A stretch of DNA of 64,000 nucleotides, taken from NCBI GenBank assembly GCA_050954325.1, contig JBPBPG010000002.1, forward strand, positions 1,005,371 to 1,069,370, written 5' to 3'. The notes beneath the pieces are model-generated. The model was given only the letters and a program-made list of their open reading frames with translations, ran no database searches and was not told the origin of the DNA. Positions 1-8,488 of the stretch are shown here, one piece after another. Source of the DNA: Janthinobacterium lividum (GTDB lineage: Bacteria > Pseudomonadota > Gammaproteobacteria > Burkholderiales > Burkholderiaceae_C). Numbering within the stretch: position 1 is the first letter of the stretch; each line of letters begins with the position of its first letter. The translations under genes and the position numbers were made by a program.

Positions 1-3
1 AGG

Positions 4-435
<432 letters not shown>

Positions 436-550
436 GGTCGTTGCGAAGTCTGTCCCCCGGCGTTATCCGAATGGCGTATGGCCGGTGCCCGCGACTTGTC
501 GCAAGCTCGCCGCGTCACCCGCCACGGGCACGCAACGAAGGATAAATGTC

Positions 551-736
551 ATGGCCAATGTATTTCTCTCCGATATCGAGTGGATCCTGCCGCTCGTCGG
601 CGTGGGCGTGTTCAGCGTCGGCCTCTTCCTGCTGACGTCGCTCAGCCGGCTGCCCAACCTGCTGAACCTGGAGATCAGCCGGCGCGTCGAGAAGTCGATC
701 GTGATCGAACACGAGACCCAGGCTGGCGGCATCTGA
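551..736 (+). CDS. small single-pass membrane protein (61 aa), hypothetical
   Basis: ATG at 551 after AAGGA-like RBS; hydrophobic stretch WILPLVGVGVFSVGLFLLTSL. Confidence 0.5.
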   Translation: MANVFLSDIEWILPLVGVGVFSVGLFLLTSLSRLPNLLNLEISRRVEKSIVIEHETQAGGI

Positions 737-760
737 GACCGTCGGGCTCCGCCGTTCCTG

Positions 761-1072
761 TCACTGGAGCGTCGAGGGCGCGAAATCCGTCGGCGGACTG
801 ACGAACAGCGGCGCCGCGTCTTCGCCATGACGCGGGCCGTCGTGACCGCACAGGGCCTGCAACGCGACGTAGCCATGTGCCAGCGCATCGTGGTAGCTCG
901 CGACCGGCGAGTCCGCCACGTCGATCGGTTCGTAGAGGCCGACCTCGTCCTTCTCTTCCTGCAGCACCCAGAAAAACAGGCCCGGCCACGGCTCGTCCAC
1001 GGTCAGCGCGACGCGGCGAAGTTCGCGGCTCGCGGTGACATTGCCTTCCGCGTTCTTTCGATTGATGCTCAT
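761..1072 (-). CDS. hypothetical protein (103 aa)
   Basis: Protein-like composition with GGAG RBS upstream (ctcc at 1080-1083 on +); no recognised family. Confidence 0.55.
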   Translation of the reverse strand: MSINRKNAEGNVTASRELRRVALTVDEPWPGLFFWVLQEEKDEVGLYEPIDVADSPVASYHDALAHGYVALQALCGHDGPRHGEDAAPLFVSPPTDFAPSTLQ

Positions 1073-1176
1073 CGGAGCGCTCCATGATTAGGTCGATATA
1101 ACGTTTGTACGGGGGTACCCGGTAAATACGAAGTGTTTAGTTCACATTTTTCGTACCAATCGTTACGTTTCCGGAT

Positions 1177-2496
1177 TCATGCGGCGAGTGCCGATTCGTT
1201 CGCTTGCGCGGGTGTCGGAAGTCGTGGCGTCGGCTCCTGCTTCAGCGCGGCGATCCGCTCGGCCAGGAATTCCGCGTCGCGGGCGACGCCGGAAAAGCGG
1301 CCCGATCCCCAGGTGTGCAGCCACGGCAACCCCAGGAAGTACAGCCCGGCCTGCCCGGTCACACCGCGCACGTGCACCGGCTCGCCACGGCCGTTGAACA
1401 CCGGCGCGTCGACCCAGCCGAAGTCGGGCGTGAAGCCGATGCACCAGACGACGCTGGTGATTCCGGCCTCGGCGAGGCTCAGCGCCGTGCGCTCCTGCTG
1501 CGGTCGCCACACCGGCGCGTAGGCACCGCCCTGCGGCGCGTCGATCCGGCGTGCCGCGATGAACCGGTCGATCGACGCGTTGATGCCGTTGAAGATGCCG
1601 TCGGCATGGTCAAGGTGCTCCGCCAGGTTCGGCTCGAACCGGAGCACGTCGCCGTCGAGGGCCGTCAGCATGCCGTAAAGCTCCATGCCCTCGCTGGCGA
1701 AACGGCGCAGGTCGATGTCGCGCCCGCCGTCGCGGCCGGTCACGTAGTGGTTGGTGTTGTCGCGCACGCCCTCGCGCAGCGGGTGCTGCGTCACCGGCAT
1801 GTCGTAGTAGTCCATGTCGGCGAGCCAGTCGACCACGTCCTTGCCGCGGTAGAAGCGTGCGCAGCGCGGCGCGTTGCCGGTCGCCAGGTGCACCCGGCGT
1901 CCGGCGAGGTGCAGGTCTTCGGCGATCTGCGCGCCCGACTGGCCGCAGCCCACGACCAGCACCGCGCCGTCGGGCAGCTGCGCCGGGTTGCGGTACTGCG
2001 CCGAGTGCAGTTGCACGACCGATGCCGGCAGCCGCTCGGCCATGCGCGGCACCACCGGCTTCTGGTAACCGCCCGACGCCACCACCACCTGGTCGGCCGT
2101 GAAAACGCCCGCACTGGTCGAGACGACGTAGGCCACGCCATCGCCAGGCCGAGAGATCTTCTCCACGCTCACGCCTTCGAGCGCGGGCGGCCGCACCTTG
2201 GCGACGAAGCCGGCCAGCCAGTCGTTGATCTGGTCCTTGACCATGAAGCCGTGCGGATCGTCGCCCTCGTACGACCAGCCCGGTAGGTGGCACTGCCAGT
2301 TCGGCGTGACGAGGCAGAACGAGTCCCAGCGCTGGGTCCGCCACGAGTGCACCAGGCTGCGCTTCTCGATCACCAGGTGATCGATGCCGCGCTGCTGCAG
2401 GCAATGGCTGAGCGACAGGCCGGACTGGCCGCCGCCGACGACGACGACGCTGTAGTGCGTCGATGTCGCGGAAGAATCGATGGGCGTGGTGGACAT
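1177..2496 (-). CDS. nitH: MSMEG_0569 family flavin-dependent oxidoreductase (Nit1C cluster)
   Basis: GGGQSG FAD motif, WRTQRWDSFCLVTPNW, GCGQSG second dinucleotide motif; cluster position. Confidence 0.9.
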   Translation of the reverse strand: MSTTPIDSSATSTHYSVVVVGGGQSGLSLSHCLQQRGIDHLVIEKRSLVHSWRTQRWDSFCLVTPNWQCHLPGWSYEGDDPHGFMVKDQINDWLAGFVAKVRPPALEGVSVEKISRPGDGVAYVVSTSAGVFTADQVVVASGGYQKPVVPRMAERLPASVVQLHSAQYRNPAQLPDGAVLVVGCGQSGAQIAEDLHLAGRRVHLATGNAPRCARFYRGKDVVDWLADMDYYDMPVTQHPLREGVRDNTNHYVTGRDGGRDIDLRRFASEGMELYGMLTALDGDVLRFEPNLAEHLDHADGIFNGINASIDRFIAARRIDAPQGGAYAPVWRPQQERTALSLAEAGITSVVWCIGFTPDFGWVDAPVFNGRGEPVHVRGVTGQAGLYFLGLPWLHTWGSGRFSGVARDAEFLAERIAALKQEPTPRLPTPAQANESALAA

Positions 2497-2511
2497 GGTG
2501 GAGCCTGTGGT

Positions 2512-2796
2512 TCAGTCGAACTCGATCACCGCGACGCGCGCGCCCGGCTGGTCGGAAAAAAGGGCGGCGCGGCTCTCGATCTCGGCCAGCTGGTCCATCG
2601 CCTGCGAACAGGCGAAGCCGAACTTCGCGCGCACCCGTTCGGAAGCGATGCCGAGCGCCTCGCGCGTGCGCGCCACGAAATCGTTCAGCGCGTAGCTGTC
2701 GCCGGGCACGAGAAAGTCGTGTACGACCAGCGACGGCGAGTAGCAGCGCGACTCGCTCCGGTCGGGCCAGCGGACGCGGAAATGCATGACGGGCAT
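2512..2796 (-). CDS. nitG: MSMEG_0570 family nitrogen-starvation response protein
   Basis: MPVMHFRVRWPD...CYSPSLVV...FGFACS signature; start set to ATG at 2796. Confidence 0.85.
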   Translation of the reverse strand: MPVMHFRVRWPDRSESRCYSPSLVVHDFLVPGDSYALNDFVARTREALGIASERVRAKFGFACSQAMDQLAEIESRAALFSDQPGARVAVIEFD

Positions 2797-2806
2797 GGAA
2801 GTTCCT

Positions 2807-4024
2807 TCAGGATGCGACGGCTTCCCGCGCGGGTGGCCGCGCAAGTTGCCGTCGATAGAGAGATGCATGGCGGGCCGCACTCGCCGCCCAGCTGAAGCGC
2901 GCGCCGAGCCGGGCCGCAGACTGCGCGATGCACGCGGCCGAGCGACCCGTGATGGCGTGGTGCAGCGCGTCCGCTATCGAAACCGGGTCGAGCGGATCGG
3001 CCCAGCTGCAGTCGTCGTCGCGCAGGTATTCGGTGAACGGCGCGATGCGCGACACGGCCACCGGCACGCCGCTCGCGAGCGCTTCGAGCACGACCAGCCC
3101 GAAACCTTCGTTGAGCGACGCCATCGCGACCACGTCGGCCAGCCGGTAGAGGCCCGGCATGTCGGCGTCGGCGAGCGGGCCGGTGATCAACAGTGGTCGC
3201 AGCGGTCCGGCTTCCAGACCGCTGCCATGGGCGAGCGCGTGGAAAGCTTTTCGGTAGGACGCATGGTCGAGCAGGCTCGCACCGCCGGCCACGACCAGCT
3301 GCGCCGCCGGCCAGCGCTGACGCAGCGCCACGAAGGCCTCCAGCAGCCGCAGCGTGTTCTTGCGCTCCTCCACGCCGCCGACCGCCAGCACGACCGGTGC
3401 GCCGGTGCGAATGCCCAACCGCTGCGCCAAGACCGCGTCCGACGCGCCGCCCGATCGAGCGACGCTCGAAAAACGATGGTTGTCGACGCCGTTGGGCACC
3501 TCGTGCGCAGAGATGCCATGCGTGCGGGCCAGCGTCTCGCGCCACTTCGCGCTCACGCACAGCACCTGGCTCGCCGCGCGAAAACCGCGTTCCTGCCAGT
3601 CCATCAACTGCGGCTCGGCAAACGTTTCGAGGTGGTGCACCGTGCGCGTGAAGCCGCCGACGACGCCCTGGGCGACCAGGTTGGCCAGGGCGTTGCCGCC
3701 GATCGGGTCGTGCGTGTGCAGCACGTCGAAGCTGCGGTGCTTCAGCAGTTCGCCGAGGTGCGCGCCGATCGCCTCGATGCGACTGCCGACCATCGCCACC
3801 ATGTCGTGCGACGCGGGTTCCGCGGGAATCAGCTCAGCGGTGCAGCGCAGCGGACGAAAAAAGCGCTGGCCGGGTGCGGCCGGCGCCATGACCGTCACGT
3901 CGTGCCCGGCGTCGTGCAGCGCATGCGCGAGTTCGACCGTGTGGACCACGCCGCCGCGCGGGTTAGTCGAATGCGTGAGCAGACCGATGCGCAGCGCGCG
4001 CGTCGCGATCAGGGGCGCGGTCAT
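2807..4024 (-). CDS. MSMEG_0565 family GT4 glycosyltransferase
   Basis: LRIGLLTHSTNPRGGVVH N-terminus, GGVEERKN, SLNEGFGLVVLEA GT-B motif; ATG at 4024 overlaps the upstream stop. Confidence 0.9.
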   Translation of the reverse strand: MTAPLIATRALRIGLLTHSTNPRGGVVHTVELAHALHDAGHDVTVMAPAAPGQRFFRPLRCTAELIPAEPASHDMVAMVGSRIEAIGAHLGELLKHRSFDVLHTHDPIGGNALANLVAQGVVGGFTRTVHHLETFAEPQLMDWQERGFRAASQVLCVSAKWRETLARTHGISAHEVPNGVDNHRFSSVARSGGASDAVLAQRLGIRTGAPVVLAVGGVEERKNTLRLLEAFVALRQRWPAAQLVVAGGASLLDHASYRKAFHALAHGSGLEAGPLRPLLITGPLADADMPGLYRLADVVAMASLNEGFGLVVLEALASGVPVAVSRIAPFTEYLRDDDCSWADPLDPVSIADALHHAITGRSAACIAQSAARLGARFSWAASAARHASLYRRQLARPPAREAVAS

Positions 4025-5007
4025 GGCGCCGACACCGCTTCGCGGATGAACGCGTCCTGCCGCAGATCCCAGAGCAACGCGCGTTCGGAACCCCGCGTGA
4101 GAACCAGCGCCAGCGAATCGTCGACCTCGCCGATCGGCGCCGCGGCCAACCCGCGTTCGAGGAACAGCGCGCAGACGGCATCGACATCGTCCGGCGCGAC
4201 GCTGAGCACGAAGCCGAAGCTCGGGAACGAACTCAGCCAGCGCACCAGCGGCACGCCCGGCGGCCGGGGGATCGCATCGAGATCGATGACGGCACCGACA
4301 TCGGAACATTCGAGCAGCATCAGCGACGTACCGACGGCGCCGGCCATGCTGATGTCCTTGGCGGCCTTGCACAGTCCGCGTTCGGCCAGCAGCGGCAGCA
4401 GTTCGAGGTCGTCGCGCAGCCGTGCGGCGGGTGCCTCGGTCGAGGCGTTCCAGTACGGGAACGGTTCTTCGTAGGCGCCGCGCAGGTCGACCGCCATCAC
4501 CAACCGGTCGCCGGGCATGGCGTCGAAACTGGTCAGCAGCCGGTTCGCGCGCCCCAGGATCGACACCGCGAGCTGCGGCCGCTCGCTGCGGTTGTTGCTG
4601 TGGCCGCCGACGATCGGCACGCCGTAGCGCGCCGAGGCCTCGGCCATGCCGCGCAGCATCTCGGCCGCCGGGTCCATGCCCTGGCTCCACATCGCGTTGA
4701 CCACGGCCGTCGGCCGCCCGCCCATCGCGTAGATGTCGCTCACGTTGACCATCACGCTGCAGTAGCCGGCGAACCACGGCATGCGGCGAATGAAGTCTTC
4801 CACCAGCCCTTCGATGGCGAACAGCAGGTAGCCGCCGTGGCCGTCGGGGATCGCGGCGCAGTCGTCGCCGACCGGCACCGCCTGCGCGAGGTCCGACGCG
4901 CCGCCGGGCAGTGCGCGGCCGAGCGCGGAGACGACGTCGCCGATGTCGCGCTTGTGCGCGAAACCTCGGCTCTCGCGCAGCGCGGCGACGATCTCGGCAA
5001 GCGTCAT
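4021..5007 (-). CDS. nitF: sll0787 family AIR synthase-like (PurM/HypE/SelD superfamily) protein
   Basis: HKRDI, VGDDCAAI, VNVSDIYAMGGRP, GGHSN, KDISMAG motifs; start ATG at 5007. Confidence 0.9.
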   Translation of the reverse strand: MTLAEIVAALRESRGFAHKRDIGDVVSALGRALPGGASDLAQAVPVGDDCAAIPDGHGGYLLFAIEGLVEDFIRRMPWFAGYCSVMVNVSDIYAMGGRPTAVVNAMWSQGMDPAAEMLRGMAEASARYGVPIVGGHSNNRSERPQLAVSILGRANRLLTSFDAMPGDRLVMAVDLRGAYEEPFPYWNASTEAPAARLRDDLELLPLLAERGLCKAAKDISMAGAVGTSLMLLECSDVGAVIDLDAIPRPPGVPLVRWLSSFPSFGFVLSVAPDDVDAVCALFLERGLAAAPIGEVDDSLALVLTRGSERALLWDLRQDAFIREAVSAP

Positions 5008-5561
5008 GCGGAGTTCCTGCCGCGCGCGACGAAACCGCTCACCGGGTCGTGGCAAGGCGGATAGAAAGCGAAATCCGGCTGCATCTCCACATGCGCACGC
5101 CCATGGATCGCAAGCGCCCCGGTCGTTCGCCAATGCAGCTTGTGGAACATCGTCTCGTTCTGCGCCTGCACATGTGCCATGAAGGTCCGGCAACCCTGTG
5201 CACGTGCGCGCGTCACTGCCAGCCTGATCAGCGTCGCGCCCAGGTGCCCCTGGTTGCGAAAGGCCGCATGCACCGCCAGCCGCGATCCCCACCACAGCCC
5301 GGGCGACGCCTCGTGAATGCGCACCGTGCCGACGATCCGGTCCGGCATGCCGCCGATGCACGACATCGCGACCAGCAGCTGCGCGTGGTCGTCGACGGCG
5401 TCCCGGTCGTCGCCCACGAAGATGCCCTGCTCGCTGCAGAACACCGCGCGCCGCAGCGCATGCGCCTCGTCGCGCTCCCACTGCTGCACGGCCTCGCGCA
5501 CCAGGAATCCCGCCGGCGCATACGCCGCGACCTCGTCGACCGTGTCGTCGATGCAGGACAT
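5004..5561 (-). CDS. nitE: MSMEG_0567/sll0786 family GNAT N-acetyltransferase
   Basis: LRRAVFCSEQGIF, GTVRIHE, WWGSRLAV, AHVQAQN motifs; cluster position. Confidence 0.85.
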   Translation of the reverse strand: MSCIDDTVDEVAAYAPAGFLVREAVQQWERDEAHALRRAVFCSEQGIFVGDDRDAVDDHAQLLVAMSCIGGMPDRIVGTVRIHEASPGLWWGSRLAVHAAFRNQGHLGATLIRLAVTRARAQGCRTFMAHVQAQNETMFHKLHWRTTGALAIHGRAHVEMQPDFAFYPPCHDPVSGFVARGRNSA

Positions 5562-5564
5562 GGA

Positions 5565-6674
5565 TCAGGTCTCGTACACGGAAAGAGACGAACACGCGCC
5601 GCACTTGCCGCATCCCGCCTTGATGTCGCTCGACCGCAGCTCGGCCGCGCCCACGCGCTGGCCCAGCGGCTGGAGGATCGACCGCATGAATTCCGGCGTC
5701 GGCGCCGGATGGTCTTCCAGCGGCGTGCCGCCGATCGGCACGAACGGCACGACGAACGGATAAACGCCGAGCGCCAGCAGCTTGTCGCAGATCTCCAGGA
5801 TCGCTTCGCGCGTGTCGCCCAGCCCGGCGAGGATGTAGGTGCTGACCTGTCCGCGCCCGAACACACCGACCGCCGCCTCGAAGGCGCTCATGTAGCGCGA
5901 GATCGGCACCGACGCCTTGCCCGGCATGATGCGTTCGCGCACGGCGGGCGTGACCGCTTCCAGGTGCATGCCGAGCGTGTCGATGCCCGCCGCGTGCATG
6001 CGGTGGAACCACTGGTCGTCGTCCGGCGGCTCGCACTGGCCCTGGATAGGAATGTCGACCGCCGCCTTGATCGCGAAGGCGCTCTCGCAGAGGATCTGCG
6101 CGCCGCGATCGGTGGCGTTGGGCGTGCCGGTGGTCAGCACCATGTGCTTGATGCCGTCGAGCAGCACCGCGGCGCGCGCGACTTCGGCGAGCTGCTCGGG
6201 CGTCTTGCGCGCGATGGTGCGGCCTGCCGCGAGCGACTGGCCGATCGCGCAGAACTTGCAGGTCTTCCTGCGGCTTTCGTAGCGGATGCAGGTCTGCAGC
6301 ACGGTGGTGGCGAGCACGTCGGCGCCGTGCAGCGTGGCGATCTGCGAATACGGCACGCCGTCGAAGGTCTGCAGCTTGTAGAAGCGCGGCTGCTTCGGAA
6401 AGCTCACGCTGGCGATCGGGATGGCGCCGCGCGTGATGACGCTGTGGCCCTGCGCGTCGGGCGCGAGCGCGGTGAAGGGCGAGTTCCACGCGGTCGAGGT
6501 GTGCACCGGCACCATGATCGTGTGGCCGTCGACCGTGACGGCCTTGTGGTCCGACGGGCCCGCGCCCCCGCGCCGGCTGGCCGCGCCGGCCGAAGGATCA
6601 ACCAGCCGCAACCCGAAGGATTGCAATTCGGTCATCAACTGGCGGCTGGACGGATCGGCTGTCGTCGTGGTCAT
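5565..6674 (-). CDS. nitD: MSMEG_0568 family radical SAM protein
   Basis: [12 protein letters not shown]...[13 protein letters not shown]-terminal [11 protein letters not shown]; start ATG at 6674. Confidence 0.92.
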   Translation of the reverse strand: MTTTTADPSSRQLMTELQSFGLRLVDPSAGAASRRGGAGPSDHKAVTVDGHTIMVPVHTSTAWNSPFTALAPDAQGHSVITRGAIPIASVSFPKQPRFYKLQTFDGVPYSQIATLHGADVLATTVLQTCIRYESRRKTCKFCAIGQSLAAGRTIARKTPEQLAEVARAAVLLDGIKHMVLTTGTPNATDRGAQILCESAFAIKAAVDIPIQGQCEPPDDDQWFHRMHAAGIDTLGMHLEAVTPAVRERIMPGKASVPISRYMSAFEAAVGVFGRGQVSTYILAGLGDTREAILEICDKLLALGVYPFVVPFVPIGGTPLEDHPAPTPEFMRSILQPLGQRVGAAELRSSDIKAGCGKCGACSSLSVYET

Positions 6675-7644
6675 GGTGGGTGCTTCCGTTGGAATTCGTG
6701 GAAAGAGGCGCGCCCGCAGGCATCGCAAAGGTCGTCGAAGCCGGCCGGCCGTTGATCGCCAGGCTCAGCAGTTCGGGCCGCGCGTAGTGGCCGACCGAAT
6801 CCATCATTCGCTTGCGCTTGGCGATGAGTGCCATGTCGAGGTCGGCGACGACCATGCCCTCGCCTTCGGTCAGCGGCGAAGCGAGATGCTTGCCTTCCGG
6901 CGACACGATGGCCGTGTGGCAGCCGCCGCGCAGCGCCTTCTGCAATCCGGCATCCGGCGTGATGGCGACGATCTGCGCGTCTGTGAGCCAACCCGTCGCG
7001 TTGACGACGAAGCAGCCCGATTCGAGCGCGTGATGCCGGATGGTCACTTCCATCTGCTCCGCGAAGATCGGGCCGACCAGCGAGCCGGGAAACTGCGCGC
7101 AGTGGATTTCCTCGTGCTGCGCCATGAGCGCGTAGCGCGCGAGCGGGTTGTAGTGCTCCCAGCAGGCCAACGCGCCGACCCGGCCGACGGCGGTATCGAC
7201 CACTTTCAGGCCCGCCGCGTCGCCCTGGCCCCAGATCATCCGCTCGTGGTAGGTCGGCGTGATCTTCCGGCGCTTGAGCGCCAGCGTGCCGTCGGCGTCG
7301 AAGACCAGCTGCGTGTTGTAGAGGCTGCCGTGATCGCGCTCGTTCACGCCCAGCACCACGACCACGCCGTGCGCCCGTGCGCGCTCGGCCACCGCCGCCG
7401 TCACCGGCCCCGGCACGGCCACGGCGCGCTCCATCAGGCGGATATGCGCCGGCCCCTGCAGCACGGGCGGCTGCACGAAGGAGAAATACGGGTAATAGGG
7501 AACGAAGGTCTCGGGAAAGACCACGATCTGCGCCCCCTTGGCCGCGGCCGCATCGATCGCGTCGCACACCTTGGCCAGCGTGCCGTGCTCGCTCTCGAAG
7601 TCGGGCGCGATCTGGACGGCGGCGGCGCGAACGATGCGGCTCAT
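6598..7644 (-). CDS. nitC: Nit6803 family nitrilase (clade 1C)
   Basis: Catalytic triad contexts [22 protein letters not shown]. Confidence 0.93.
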   Translation of the reverse strand: MSRIVRAAAVQIAPDFESEHGTLAKVCDAIDAAAAKGAQIVVFPETFVPYYPYFSFVQPPVLQGPAHIRLMERAVAVPGPVTAAVAERARAHGVVVVLGVNERDHGSLYNTQLVFDADGTLALKRRKITPTYHERMIWGQGDAAGLKVVDTAVGRVGALACWEHYNPLARYALMAQHEEIHCAQFPGSLVGPIFAEQMEVTIRHHALESGCFVVNATGWLTDAQIVAITPDAGLQKALRGGCHTAIVSPEGKHLASPLTEGEGMVVADLDMALIAKRKRMMDSVGHYARPELLSLAINGRPASTTFAMPAGAPLSTNSNGSTHHDHDDSRSVQPPVDDRIAILRVAAG

Positions 7645-7645
7645 C

Positions 7646-8128
7646 TCACAGCGTCCAGGTGTCGAGGATGACGGCGCCGGCTTTCTTGTGCAGCAGCACG
7701 ATGTCGAGCACGTCGAGCGGGCTGATCGGCACGATGCCCGGAATCAGCGAACCTTCGCCGTGGCCGTACAGCGCCTGCAGCGCGAAACGGCAGGCGTAGA
7801 CCTTGCCGCCCTCTTCCATGAACTTCGAGATCTGCTTGTTGAAGTTCTGGTGGCCGGGAAACGCTTCGTCGCCGAGCGTCGGAAAACCGCGCTGCACGCC
7901 GAGTGTCACGCCGGGGCCGTAGAGCAGCACCGAGGTCTCGTAGCCCTTGCGCTTCAGGCGCGTGGCCTGCAGCAGGTTGACGAAACCGATCGAGCCTTCG
8001 AAAGCGACGGTGTGGAAGGTGACCAGCGCCTTCTCGCCCGGTTCGGCCTTCACGTCCTCGAAGACCTTCTCTTCGTAGTCGACGAGGAAGTCGCCTTTCT
8101 GGTGGGCGGGCTTGGTGACTTTGGGCAT
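7646..8128 (-). CDS. nitB: MSMEG_0572/sll0783 family protein (DsrE-like)
   Basis: [45 protein letters not shown]; first gene of the Nit1C cluster. Confidence 0.9.
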   Translation of the reverse strand: MPKVTKPAHQKGDFLVDYEEKVFEDVKAEPGEKALVTFHTVAFEGSIGFVNLLQATRLKRKGYETSVLLYGPGVTLGVQRGFPTLGDEAFPGHQNFNKQISKFMEEGGKVYACRFALQALYGHGEGSLIPGIVPISPLDVLDIVLLHKKAGAVILDTWTL

Positions 8129-8182
8129 GCGGAACTCCGTAGGGAATGAGGGTTGAACGTGTGTCGAGCGCCCTTCTCCATC

Positions 8183-8197
8183 GCATGCGATGTGCCA
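8183..8197 (-). promoter_or_regulatory. candidate sigma54 (-24/-12) promoter of the nit operon
   Basis: Minus strand reads TGGCAC-ATCGC-ATGC, with GG-N10-GC spacing exactly as in TGGCAC-N5-TTGC, about 55 bp upstream of the nitB start. Confidence 0.6.
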
Positions 8198-8214
8198 CGT
8201 CGCCGTCGTCCGGA

Positions 8215-8488
8215 TGCGATCAAGCTGCGATCAAGCAGCACCGGCGCGCGCTGCGGAACACAAAAAAGATTTCATGCACCGCCGAGCGGTTGCGAAGCCG
8301 TTGCCGAACGGTTCCCGCCATGCCGATTCCGCACCCGAATGAAGCGCGCGGCATGCGATCAATGCACCCGATCATCGGTGGCGATCGCACCCGATCCATG
8401 CATGCGCGGTACATGGCACGGGCACGCTTCATGCGTCGTCGAAACGGCCGACATGCGATCAACCGATGCGATCAAGTCGTGCGATCAA
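8215..8488 (+). repeat. six direct copies of TGCGATCAA in the nitB/mocR intergenic region
   Basis: Exact copies start at 8215, 8226, 8354, 8454, 8467 and 8480. Confidence 0.85.

Noticed and set aside
8414-8428. TGGCACGGGCACGCT as a sigma54 promoter
   Set aside because: GG-to-GC spacing is 9 nt instead of 10. Only the overlapping 8420-8434 register fits.
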